Source: Klebsormidium nitens (lineage: Eukaryota; Plantae; Klebsormidiophyceae). Taken from it: a stretch of DNA of 64,000 nt. Within the stretch, counting starts at the first letter, position 1. Every line of letters begins with the position of its first letter. This document shows positions 42,786 to 54,842 of the stretch, one piece after another. The translations under genes were made by a program, and so were the position numbers. The notes under the pieces are model-generated. The model searched no databases. It saw only the letters and a list, made by a program, of their open reading frames with translations, and was not told where the DNA came from. The stretch is taken from contig DF237241.1 in assembly GCA_000708835.1 (NCBI GenBank), forward strand, positions 45,961-109,960, given 5' to 3'.

Positions 42786-45700
42786 TCATATGAAGCTCAC
42801 ACGGTGCCCAGACTGATTTTGCCACGGTTTGAATCTGCCTAGCTGCATTTTATCGGCAAATCCCTCCACAATGGACTGATGCCCACCTCTTTCCAGCGGC
42901 AACATATCGTTACAAAGATATCGTCGTGCTCCGAAAGTGAGGAGTCCGCTCTCAAGAGCTTCACAAAAAGCCCCCCCGTATCCAGTGGGTCGGCCAAACA
43001 GGTTCGAGCAGAGCCACAAAGTGAAGTGAGAAAGATGAAGTTCGGTGCTTTTGAAACTCACCTGACCGATCTCGAGCCGCATCAGGCTGACCGGATCGTA
43101 GTCGGAGCCTTTGTAGCCCATGGACACGAGGGGGGGCATCCGGTCTTTGGCGCACTGCCCCGCTATTCTGAAGTGCGCTTTCAGCTCCGATATCAGGTTG
43201 CGGAAGCCCTGGGCGTCGCCCCGTATCAGGTCTTCGTATCTGCAGAGCACAAAAAGTTGGTCCGAAGAAGCTCCGAAAGATGCGTTGGGTGATTGATATG
43301 TAGTGGTTGACAAACTTCGAAGAACGGATCTCGGAATGCCAGAACAGTGCGTCAGGTGATTGATATGGAGTACTTGGCAAACTTTGAAGATCCAGGAACG
43401 GCGAAGGAATCCGATAAGGAGACCTCCTCGAATTATGACACGAGGATCCAAGAAAGGCGAAGCAACGAGGTCTCAACCTGGGGAGACGTTGACAACGATT
43501 GAAAGAGGTCGGAAGACGTGCTACTGGCCCTCTGCTGGATTGAAACGCGAAAAAGAGGGCTTCGGCACGGAAACGAACCGAGTCGCCCACAGAGGCGCTT
43601 TTACAGGGTGAAGTCGTCAAAATTGAGCGCTCCGTAAAAGTGCCGACTAGCGGCAGGCTGCACCTTTCACTCTCTAATTCAACAGCTCGATGGTTGTGGT
43701 CGGAGGGCGCAATTTGACGGCCAACCGATCGCGATTTTGCCTGCGAGTCCGGCCTTTCATGTCTCGAAAAAAAGCTAGTTTGCACTTACCTGAGAAAGAT
43801 GACCCGGTCGTGCCCCGCCGGGATCCACTGCGGCAGCCGCAGAAAGTTGTCGATCTTCATCGCGCGCAGCTGCAACACGTCCCGGATAGGGCCCTGCGCG
43901 AGAAGGTCCCAACTTCAAGGTGAGTTCGAGAAATCTGCAGGAGTCTGTTCGGAAACGAAGACAAACTCTGGAACGGTGTGACGGACTTCTACTTCCCGGC
44001 AGGTAAGAACACGTCAGGGCGCTGTTTTTGCACGTGCTCGCGCGCAAAAGACTCCTTAACTACCGGCGTGTGTGCTCGTCGGCCAACTCCAACGGCGCTG
44101 ATCTAATACTTGGTTCCACTCCAATCGACAACCTCAGCGCGATCGAAAACCTTAGGGCGCCCACTCCATCCCTGGACCGACTGCTCAGAGTCGAAGACCT
44201 TCCAGCAGTGTATATGCAATCGGTTCCAACAAGTCTGTCCGTAAGAAGCCCCATAAGCTCACAACTCACCTCGGCGTATGGCCCTCCGTACACTGCCCAG
44301 TACGGTTCGTACTGCGGGTTTGCAAACATCCACAGCCGCGGCTCGGTTGGACACGTGTCGTTGTCCGGGCGGCCGGTCCAGGGCCGCGTCAGAAACTCGT
44401 TCATGGGCAGGCCGTGGTGGTTGTGCGCGTGGTGCGGGGAGGCGGAGAAGTGGAGCAGCCAATCGAGCGCGTTGCGGATGACCACAAAGACGAGATCGCC
44501 ATCCTGCGAGGACAGAGGGGGGCGGGGCTGAGTCCCTCCCGCGGTGGCTTAAAGCCTATTGAAAGCGCCTGGCTTACTAGCGGCAATGGTGCGAGCTTCG
44601 TCCGAGTCAGCGGATAAGGAACACTGCAGTGGTCAGAATCCTATGGGGGATGCCCCACGGGCCCTCTGGAGTTAGTAGAAAGCAAAGTGTCAGCGCAAGC
44701 ACGCTTGCGTAAGTACAAGGTGGGACCCGAAGCGGGGCCGGATTGTGCTCAACAAGAGAAAAAAGAAGGGAACGACTCAAGCCGTGATGAAGAGGACTGA
44801 GCTTATAATCAGAGTCGGGATCGAGCTTGAAGCTTGTGAAACTGAGGATTGTCAAAGACGGACCCGTGCGCAGGACTGGACGTTGCCAGGGAAGCGACAT
44901 CCGGCACCTGAAAGGGTGAACCTTCGAATCACGAATTTCGTGTGGATTCGACTTTTGGACTTTGCGAGAGACTGTACACAGAAGTTGCGGCTGAACAGGG
45001 GCAGTCCCCCCATAGAAGGAGCGCGCAGGCTCGATGCATACTTCATTTCCAAGAGGTTCCAAACTTGCGAAAGTGGTCATACCTCCAAACTCGATCAGGA
45101 ACTTCCAAGGGAAGCAGTCCGGCAGCAGAAACATGAGGGCAACGCGTTCGAATAAGGGGAACAGAATTGCCGATACCTCAAGCAAAAGCAAGTGGCCAGG
45201 GATCTTGTTGGCCAACCGAAGTCAGAATTTGTTTAGAGTGTTTCACATCCTTCATCATAAAAAGGAGTATGGTTCCACCAGGCCCAATCCGAGGGGGGGA
45301 AAACGCCCTTCCTGCATCAGCTCCATCAGCTGAAAGTATGCATTGCTGCCTCCTCTTCACAAGTGATTCACACCAATCAACATGCCAGGTCCACTTTCCA
45401 CCCTGATCTGGGGCCAATTCAAGCCCACCACTTCAATATTCACGTTCATTGGAGAGGAATTCGAAAAAGTGGCACTTCAAACTCTGGAGACACTTGGATT
45501 CTGAAAAGTGCCCCTTCATTGACCAGGTCGAATTTCGAGAGCTTCAGTGCAAAACAGCTGGTTTCAAAAAGGAAACGAAAAGACCTCACACTGAGAATCT
45601 TGGCTGCTTGGGCCTCACCTCCACGAGGGGCTCCATGAGCTGCGGGAAGTGGAACCAGTGCTTGTGCCGGTAGCAGTCGCTGGAGACCATTCCGCTCCGC

Positions 45701-46131
45701 AGCGGCTGCCCCCCCGGAAAGTTCATGTTGAGCGTCTTCTCCACCCAGTTGGTCCCGCTGTTGCGCTCCCCAAGGATGCACATTCGCGTGATCATGTGCG
45801 GGTAGGGCCGCACGCTCCCGGTCTTGGCGTTGTCCCCCATGTTGCGCGGCCAGAACGCGGGCGCGGGCGATGACGTCAGCGCCGCGTCGGCGTCCTGCTC
45901 GGTGGCCAGGCGTCGGGCCGGCAGGGAGCAGTCCTCGCAGCTGGTTGTCTCGACGGGGTCTGTTTCAGAGCCAGGGAACCCCCTCTCACCGGGAGCAGTG
46001 ATGGGGTTTGAGTCCTTGGGAATTGAGTCCTGGAGGGACCATTTCAGTACTGAGATGCATAGGAAAGGCAGCAGGCCTGTGCATCCTAGGAAGAAGCAGA
46101 CCCGCACCACGTGCTGGAGAGGCGGCTTCAT
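42786..46131 (-). CDS. Sulfotransferase-like type II membrane protein (at least 5 exons; last exon uncertain)
   Basis: Exons 46131-45619, 44503-44270, 43893-43790, 43239-43062 and 42842-42786 splice in frame. There is an N-terminal TM segment, a 5'-PSB-like loop ILGERNSGTNWVE, RHKHWF, a 3'-PB-like VVIRNALDWLLHFSASPHHAH, and LRAMKIDNFL...FLRYEDL. Confidence 0.8.
43282..43384. repeat. Degenerate tandem duplication (period about 67 nt) in a sulfotransferase intron
   Basis: GGTGATTGATATG at 43288 and 43356; CAAACTT at 43311 and 43378. Confidence 0.65.
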
Positions 46132-46920
46132 GTTGCGTCAATTTCCCCGTCCCCGGCCTTTTGATATGAGAAGAGTATGCTTTGGATGAAAGGGATCCCC
46201 TCAAGCAGATGCTGGCAAGTGAGCTTCCTAGAGCGGCTGATTCGGGACAGAAAAACGAGACAGTTGCAGTGCTCTCTTGTCTCAGATCATTGAGCTGCAA
46301 TGCTGCGGTTTGAATGAATGCCTCGCACAGCCGGTTTCTTCGGATCCGGCAAAGTCACCTCGTGGTCTGACCGACAGTCCTCCAGATCTCTGGAGACAGC
46401 ACGTCAGTATCTGATCAGCTCTTTGCCGTAGTCTCTCAACCCCTTGATGTCAGGTCGGTCTGATGCTTGCTGATAGTCGCTCTTTGAATGCTTTAAGAGC
46501 ATGACATTGCTCTTGTTGCACCAATCGTTGAAGCTGCCGGCATTGAAGGGCACTCCTAGACAGCTAGCAGACTCTAGTCTAGTCTTACTTGCTGCAGACC
46601 TGCTGGAAGTCTCCTGTGAGTTGGGGGACGTCCTGAAGAGAGGCGCAAACGCGACGGCAAACCTGCTGCTCACGACATTTGAAATTCCCTCTTGCAATGA
46701 AGTCGTTTCTCCAAAATTTAGAATCAAACCTGCAGCTGAAGTACGTAATCTAGCAGCTGTTTTTGCAGCCAAAGGTCAATCGTTCGACTGGGTGTACCCT
46801 GCTAAATTGCTAATTTTGGAGAGCGAGCAGATTACTCGATCAGGAGTCAGTAGTCCTACAGCATGTACCGTACATTGGAGCCGACACAGATTAGGAATAG
46901 TAAGCTCACCAGCCTGGAAC

Positions 46921-47034
46921 GGGTAGGGTTAGTTTGGGGGTTAGGGTGGGTACGCGTGCGGAGCGGGTAGTTTTTTTAGGTTAGGTTTTTAGTGTTTGGT
47001 TTGAGCTTACTATTCCTACGGCTTACTATTCCTA
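46921..47034 (+). repeat. Degenerate telomere-like G/T tract followed by a 14-nt direct repeat
   Basis: TAGGGTTAG (46924), TTAGGG (46941) and TTTTAGGTTAGG (46974). GCTTACTATTCCTA occurs at 47005 and 47021. Confidence 0.5.
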
Positions 47035-49544
47035 AACTGTGCCGTCATGGTACATTGTAGACAGCCGAGGAGATTTAATCGTACGGACCAGTAACTTAAT
47101 TGCCTGCTGTTGCGCCGGAGCATGTGACCACTTGACATATGCCCACAAGCCTGTGCACATGCCCGCTCGCAGTGCCTTCGGAACACCACCCAGCCCCGAG
47201 TCGAACGCGACATCAAGTCAGGCTCCAGTTATGCCATCAGACCCTACGTCAGCAACAGGGTCGAGCCGCCGAGCGTCACGCGTGGTGCGAGTGTTATCTC
47301 GGCGACCACTGGCAGCAGCCTGGGCCCTAGCAGTAGCAGCCTTGCCAGGCGTCCGCGGCTGGCCCATGGGCGGTGCCAGGTGAGCTGCTGGAACTGTCGA
47401 CACAAGAGTGGAAGAATGGAGCAGTGCGGTCGAAGACACAGCTAGCGAATTGGCAAGAAAGTCAAGAGAACCAAGTACTCCGACCACTCGCCTGATAACC
47501 ACCTCATCCCGGTGGCGGTCATTTGAGACAAGTAAGTTGCCTTGGTGGCCAATTCGATGGCCAGCTTCGACTCCGCACGACTGCGCAGGGATTGCACAGC
47601 ATGCACTGCGGCTCTGCGGGTCAGTGTTGAGGCCACTGAGCTCGGAGAGGATGAGAGAGGAGGCATCTCGATCAACATGAGTGCGCTTTTAAGATAGCGT
47701 CGCGAATCTCAGTCCGCTTGCAGGCGGCGCAGTCAGGCCAGAACCATCATATCAATACTATGCCTCATAGATCTGCACGAGCAGCAGAAAAGTAACCCCG
47801 AAATGATAGTAGCCTGGAAGACCTCTGGTGCGGGCCATCAGCATTGTCAGGTTCCGTAGACTGCGGCGAACTGTTTACGGCCACTCGCCGGCCGCTTCCA
47901 GTCGTATTAATTATCTACTTGGGATGGTGTGGCACTCACCTGCTTGACCTTGAGTTGGCCCGGCCAACGTACCGCTTCTTATATTATCCATATTGCTATT
48001 GTTCATGTCTTGCTGCAGATGAATTGTCCACGTGGCACTGGTGACCCTTTTGCAGTAGGGTACTTCTGCAGTAACCCGTGTGCGGCTACCCGTAACTCAT
48101 ATCGAGCCCATATCGAGGAGTTGCCATGGATGCTACCTACTATATGCTTCATAGGGATATCCTTCTATATGCTTCAAATTTCCCCTATACCTACCTACAA
48201 TGTTGCCACAATTGGAAGCGGCCATGCAAAACCGCAAAGGCTTTCAGCATCCCAACATATTCACTGTCACCACTGAGTCCAGCTCGTCAACGTCGAGCTA
48301 CATCAGGGCCCCAACCCTGAACGAATTACAGTAGAGCGGACGGCATGTGGCAAGATGCCAGTGGTCTGCTCGAAGATTGACTGCACGGCGTCGCAACGAC
48401 GCGAGAGGCTATGTCAAATGAACTAGTGGGTCTCACATTATAATTTGAAATGGCATAGTACCTTACAACCTTACCACCAAGAAACTGAGGGCCGGTTACT
48501 CCATCTTTGAAGGTCTTCCGGTACTATAACAACATGCTGGTCGATCCCATGCCTTTCCACCTTAGCATTGACTTTGCAATTGCCTTGGTGGCACGATCCA
48601 ACTGAGCGCCGCAATTCCGGCACGACACAGCTGCGTGTCGCCTTTTGTGTTCAGCAAGTCATGCACGTGTCCTCGGAGGGACGTTGAGGCTGAGCTACAA
48701 AACCCGACAGAACCGAGTTGATTATCTGTAGGGAAGGAATTCTATCGAAGCCAACAAAGCGAAAGGAAATCAGAGGACTGGGTCAATTGGTTTCGATGCA
48801 TTGGAGTATGATGGAGCTTTTAAGCATGCAATCATGCACATGTTTTTGCATAATGAGATTTTTTGGCCGTAGCATTTGCCGTGCTTCATTTGGAGCCCAT
48901 GCCTCGTGCAAGCCTTGAACTTAGGAACTGACTGACAATTTGTCCATGACTTCTGGTGGATGTCAAAATCCAGACACATCGGGTTCATGGAAATGTTGGT
49001 GATTCAGCATTGTCAAAAACGGGACATCTCGGTTGACCTTTATAACAACGCTGCTTCAATGTCGCGATGCAAGCCCCACTTGGAGCATTTAGCTCCTTGA
49101 AGATATGATCAATCTTCGCAATCAATTCTAACGTCCACCCTAACGGCTTCTGCTTCATGGGTGCACCTTGCCTTAACGGTGCAAAGAATCGGTGTTTCGA
49201 GACGTTATTGTACAGCAGGCTAACTCGCTAAAAAGGCCCCCAATCTCGAAGGATGCTTGATGCTCGACCCGGCAGCCGATGCGTTATTATATTGCTTTGC
49301 AAACCCTTCCGGCGCCTTTTCTCGAAGTGTATGAGCACAACTTACCCCTTCTACGGTCTTCGCTAGCCTAATCAATCTTAAATGGCATCTGTTTCCTAAT
49401 TTCGGCTCTCCTTTTATGGCACATCGAACGGCTTCCTCACGGCTCTCTTCATATTTGAGCGGTCAATTGTTGGCTCGCGCCAACGGCAAAGCGAGCAACA
49501 CGTCCTAAGATACAACCTCTACGCAAACGGGCCCTTAACCCGTT

Positions 49545-52500
49545 TTACGACCGCCCTCTCTGCTTCAGCTTCCGGCCAAGGACGGGCAGAACCATAGTCA
49601 ACACTTTCGCTCCCAAAGCCGGGCCCCCTCCGCTCGCCGCCGCGAGCAGCGCCCCCGCCGCGACCAACGCAATCTTCCGCCGCCGGCTCCCCCGCATAGA
49701 GGCCGACCTCCGCAGCTCGCCGCCTTCCGCCCCCGAGCTTTCCGCGCGACCTCTCGCGGCGGGGCCCCCCGGGTCTAGGTGCTCCGGCAGCCGGTGCGCG
49801 AGCGAGACCGCGCTTTCCTTCGAGACGCGCTGCGTGGCGTGCCAGTGCGTGTAGCCCTCAAGCGCCGGCCCCATCTTCTTGACGAAGTTCCAGGCGCCCC
49901 GGCGGATGGCCATCTTGGCCATGTCGCGCTGGATGCCGCTGTCCTCCTGGTGAACTAGGGTGACCTCGCTCGAGGGCGGGCCCCCAGGAATCATCGACGG
50001 GACTGCGCGGAAACGGCGGCGACGGTCAGGCAAGCAGAAACAGCGGGCTTCAAGGACCTTCAGCGCAAGGATGCCGAGAGGACTGTGCGTATGTACTTTT
50101 CTGTTCTGGGAACGAACTTGCGTCGGCTTCTCGTACGAGGATGTACTCCATGCCCCTTCCCTGATGTAGCCTCAAAAAGGATCCAGGAGCGTAGCAGCAA
50201 CCCGCAGCTCCTCGAACGACTGCTGTGAAAAATCGAGAAAAACGGGCCTGATTGAGCTCGCCATGCACGTTAGCAGGAGCTGCAGAAGAATGAGGAACGG
50301 GCAATAACTCACCGGCTCTTATTCGCCAAGACGAGGTGTAGACTTCGATCCGTTTCGTGCTGGGATGAGATGGAGCGAAGGGGTGCTGGCAGGCCTGCAA
50401 GCAGTCAGACACGTGTCAAAAGCTATGAACAGCTCGTGAGGATCTAGCAAAGGTCTATAAATCAGATTGGCAAACGCCTGCCTCGTTGCAGGACTAACCA
50501 TGGGGGCCTGTCAACTTCGACTCTCTTGAACCACCTGAAGTTGCTCAAATAAGCTTTCTCGCAAGGTCTGAAAAGACCAGCGCAACTTGAAGAGGTTACA
50601 TTTTGTCAAAGTAATTTTGTCATCAAGTAACTTCGGACTCGAAACGAGCTGATGATTCGGGTGTTCCTTCAAGTATAGGATGCTACTCTTGACGATCTGC
50701 CAGCTCGAAAGCTCTTGAATCAGCGACTAGCAAATCTGATACCTGAGGTCGATGACACACCAGAATGAAATCTCCAAAGAAATAACCAGCGGATGCGACC
50801 TAAGAGCAAGACCTGGCAGACTAAGCTCAAACTGTGTTCTAAGGCGAAGGCAACGAGGACCGACCTTGGTTACGCAGTAGAAGCTCCCCTTGCTATCCTC
50901 CCAAACACGCCATGCGAGCACGTAGTCCCGATTTGCCCCAAACAGCGGCAGCTTCTTGACCCAATGTCCGACCTCCACCCCACTCTCATTGCAGAGCGCC
51001 AGCTGGCGGGCGCTGTTCAGGGAGCTGTCCCAGGCGCCACGGTACTCATCGTCCATGTAGAAGTCACGCAGGAGGGGGGGGGAGCAACCAAAGAAGGTGG
51101 TCTTGCTCAAATACTGTGTTGGACCGCCATTCTGCACGGGGGAGATAGTGGGGTGTCAGTTCAACTAATTAGTTCTCAGCATCGGCAGCGGGGGCCGTCC
51201 ATTGCAGTCAACTATTTCAAAGGTCACCATGTATTTCAATCCAGCGAGAGTGTATAAGAACTTGGCATGGTGCTAAGATACGCGAGGGTCCTACACTACG
51301 GTCAGGCTGTCATGCCGTCAGGAAGGCCTGCTATGGAATCTCTATAAGGGGTATTCGAAGAGCAGGTTTTACATCAGTCAAGAGAGAGCTCTGCATCTTG
51401 GTGTCTCTTAACAGCTCCAGCCTCATCTACTCAGACTTTGCCCCAAGCTCCATAAAAGCAAGATAGCCTCAGGGATACTCAGTGCTCTCACCAGTGCAGC
51501 AAATGCCAATGCTTGCAAGCAACGAAAACCACTTTCTCGGATCATTTTGTGAGCTCCGCCCCAGCCCCACCATCCGCCTTGCTACAAGAAGCCTCATATG
51601 TCCATCTTTGTGAAGCGTGGAAACAAGGAAGAACGGACAGAGGGGCCAGTGACTCACTCTGGGGTCTCTCCGATAGGATACATAGCTCAGGTGCTCTGAC
51701 GTCTTGTCGAGGATCTGTTCCCACGGCATCTCCTCCAAGTCTTCCCCATTCAGCTGCCGCATAAAGTCAGCCAGGTCTGCCTCCGTGACTAGGGACGCCA
51801 GAGATGCTGACGTCAGCGGGGCCTCCGGGCGCCCGCGGCAGTCGGCCCCTTCAATGCTGGGAGAGCAGAGCAGACAGTGACGTCAGAGGCCTGATTTCAC
51901 CGGCAGACCGTAAGGTGGAGTTGAGCTGCAAACTTCTGGAACTGTGCCAGCTTGCTTGACGATCAGAAGCATACATCAGAAAGCGTATTTACAGCATCTT
52001 GACCCAATCATCGTAAATAGGACAGCAACAAGAAGGAAAACTTGAATAAAGTGTTACTGAAAAGCTTGAGGGCCCGACTTCGAACACAGGAAGCAGGGTC
52101 CACAGGTGCTCTTCTTATAGCCTGACTTGACACAATGGTGAACACAAAGTTCCGACCAAGTTTACACACAGTTGACCACAGCAAAGCCAGACGCTCAGGT
52201 GAATTTTGAACCCAACGGTGCCATCTCTTTATGAAAACTTGGTAACGATATACAGGCGTTGTCTTTGGCATGACTACGCTTCATCGGCTGATACGTCCTC
52301 AGTCATAGGTATTGCTTTAGGAGGACGTTTAAGGCATGCAAGACTGATGCCAAGGCAAACCCCATGTGGTTCAGTCAGCGACAAGTACTGCTGGGACCCA
52401 ACAGACGTCGCAGCAGGCTGACCTGTGCTGCTTCCCTTTCCAAACCCTCTGCGAGAACGCCCCCCAGGCATACTGCAGCAGCGGGACACCCGCAGCCACT

Positions 52501-52721
52501 GTCAGGCCCAGCCAAAACCTCTTTTGCGCCGGGGTTGTAGCGCCGGCGGTCAAGGTTGGTCGCTGCAGAACGAGCGTCAGGAGGGGGAGCCACCTGTGCC
52601 TCCACCCCCACCCCATCACAAGCCCCGCTGCAACGGACGTCCACAGTGGGAGAACAGACGAGTACAACACTGAGTCCCACACCCCGCTCTTGACACTGGC
52701 CAGGAGCACCCGGTCGTCCAT
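49545..52721 (-). CDS. START-domain (PCTP-like / CP5-like) lipid-binding membrane protein
   Basis: An N-terminal TM exon (LWTSVAAGLVMGWGW) is followed by LVTEADLADF...WEQILDK, GPTQYLSKT...LRDFYMDDEYRGAWD, HWVKKLPLF..RDYVLAWRVW, ACQHPFAP, EVTLVHQEDSGIQRDMAKMAIRRGAWNFVKKM and a C-terminal hydrophobic segment. Confidence 0.9.
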
Positions 52722-53501
52722 TGCATGTCCTGCAACCTCTAACATTATTCACCGTTCTGAACGCCCTGTAATCAATTCTGCACCCCGATTCCCAAGGAAA
52801 TGACTCCCCCAAAATCAATCCTCAGAACATCGCAGTTTGAGGCCTGGGCCCTCCAAAGAGGAATGCTGAACACATCCCCTGCAACTTCTTATCATGGACT
52901 CCACGGAGAGCTACAATGCCGTGCTTCCAACGTGGCACGGCTGGCTTCTGAAGCAGGCAGAAGAGGAGGCTTCGGCATCCAATGACCACAATTCACAGGC
53001 AGCAGTCGGTATCCGCCATTGTTCAGGGGCGCGAGGCGCTATGCGGCGAAGACCGAGTGCGTGTTGACTCATGACTCACAATCCGACGTGGCTGGGAGCA
53101 ATTTCCAGCACGCGATTTTCTGTGGTCTGACTGGGTGGCTGGCGATCCAGTCTGACTTCGTGAATCAAGGACTAGGGTTGCCACCCACACAGGGCTAGCC
53201 GTTAGATCTGCCGCGCCGAAGCTTCGTACCCCCACGCTCCTCGTGCATTTACTCTCAACTGCGGGCGCTTTATGAGATGCAAGCCGTCAGATGGTAGGAT
53301 GAACGATCGAGATTGCTGGAACTCTAGTGGATAGAACAGAACTTTAGAGGATTGCCGACCGGAAGCAGGACGGTTCTGACCTTTTGCACACACGTTGACG
53401 TTCCCGCGAACTTGTCGTTAGTAGGTACGTGTGCGCGCGCCCCTGAGGCTGTAGCCAACGCCGAAATTGGCCAGCTAGCGGCCTTACTCAGTTCGGCGTA
53501 A

Positions 53502-53531
53502 GGTTACGTCCCGGTTACGTACGGGTTACGT
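53502..53531. repeat. Three GGTTACGT motifs at exact 11-nt spacing
   Basis: Copies start at 53502, 53513 and 53524. Confidence 0.7.
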
Positions 53532-53628
53532 ACCTATCGGTTTGGGATGTTAATAGCCTCCTTGCAATGGTATGTTAATTGGTAGAGTCGAGCAGAGATC
53601 TAGGTCTAAGAGACACACGTTTCTTACA

Positions 53629-53749
53629 TGTATGCCATGAGCAGCCTATGCTATGGCCTATTTGGCTACGGCGGTGCAAAAAGAGACCATCCTTGGAGTA
53701 TCTTCAAATTCATCTTTTGGTTGGCTACGGCGAGTTTGAAAAGAGACCA
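53629..53749. repeat. Dispersed short repeat, copy 2 plus a partial copy 3
   Basis: 53629-53691 is homologous to 29653-29709. The core TGGCTACGGCG...AAAAGAGACCA recurs at 53721-53749. Confidence 0.75.
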
Positions 53750-54522
53750 GTGATCTTACTGAGTAAAGGCCAATGCGCAGTGCATCCGAGCAAAGCGACG
53801 ATTATGACAAGAAAGCCAAGGCAATACATAGATAGGAGTCGTGTCCCCAACACTAGAGTGCTCAGTATTCTCGACGTTGGCATATGGGCTCTACACAGAT
53901 GGTCATTTACATGCTTGGTTCATGCCAGCATTACGAGAATAGAGTGCGCATAGTCGAGTAGTCATGTTCCATGAGATCACGCTTGAATGTGCAATCAGAC
54001 AGCTTTTCATTCGCAATCTCCGTCAAATCGTCAATCAGGCTCGGGCCCAAGGGCCCCGGATAACATGGCCGCCACACCCGAACACCCGACGGTTAGGCAT
54101 ATACTACTCGATCGTGACTGTTGCGAAAGCGAATACATGATGCCATATGAATGTTTCTCGACACATTTTATCCTTTTCCAAGATAAGGAATAAACCATTC
54201 CGTCTGTTTCAGATATTGCACCCCTTTTCAAATCAAACGAAGTACGCTTTGCAACTGAATAACGGTCTCGGGAGCTTTGCTCGACAAACCGAGGAACCGA
54301 GTAAGAACCAAGCAAGTTAAGCAAACTGCAAAGCGTTAGGTCTAGAACTTGAAGAGCCGGTAAATGCGGGCCATGGAAGCACAGACTGGTCGCCTCACAA
54401 AAGGTGGCTAAACCTACTACTCGTGTCCCCAACATTGCAGCTCGGCTTCGATCAATGATGCACAATTTGACTGATCCTTCGTCTTTAATCGACGAAGTCC
54501 TTGGGTCGTCACCTCCAGAAGA

Positions 54523-54842
54523 TATTGCACATTTCGTCAAACCTGGCCGCCTGACCCGATCCCGATTGGGACCAATCGCAGAACTAGCCCGATGTGCAGA
54601 ACGTGGACCCTTGAATGAAGCAGTAAGACTCAATCAAACAGCCCCAGTGCGCCTAGTGCCCGTAAACAAGTTTTACAATCGGCTCTGACCGGACTCACCG
54701 GCCAGGCATTGCACAAGTTGGGCCGTTCGATGAAGTGCTCTTGGATCAGATCGAAGGGTCTCAACTTCTGCGCCGGGCAAGTTCTGCGACCGGTCCCAAT
54801 CGGAATTGGGTCAGGTAGCCAGGTTTGACCGAATGTGCAATA
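54523..54842. repeat. Long imperfect inverted repeat (arms of about 138 nt, 44-nt loop)
   Basis: Arms 54523-54660 and 54705-54842. The outer 78 nt align with 10 mismatches and one 2-nt gap; the inner halves are more diverged. Confidence 0.85.

Noticed and set aside
42961-43785. 274-aa minus-strand ORF
   Set aside because: An off-frame read through sulfotransferase introns.
44607-45215. Overlapping ORFs inside sulfotransferase intron 1
   Set aside because: No transposase or other motif and no terminal repeats seen.
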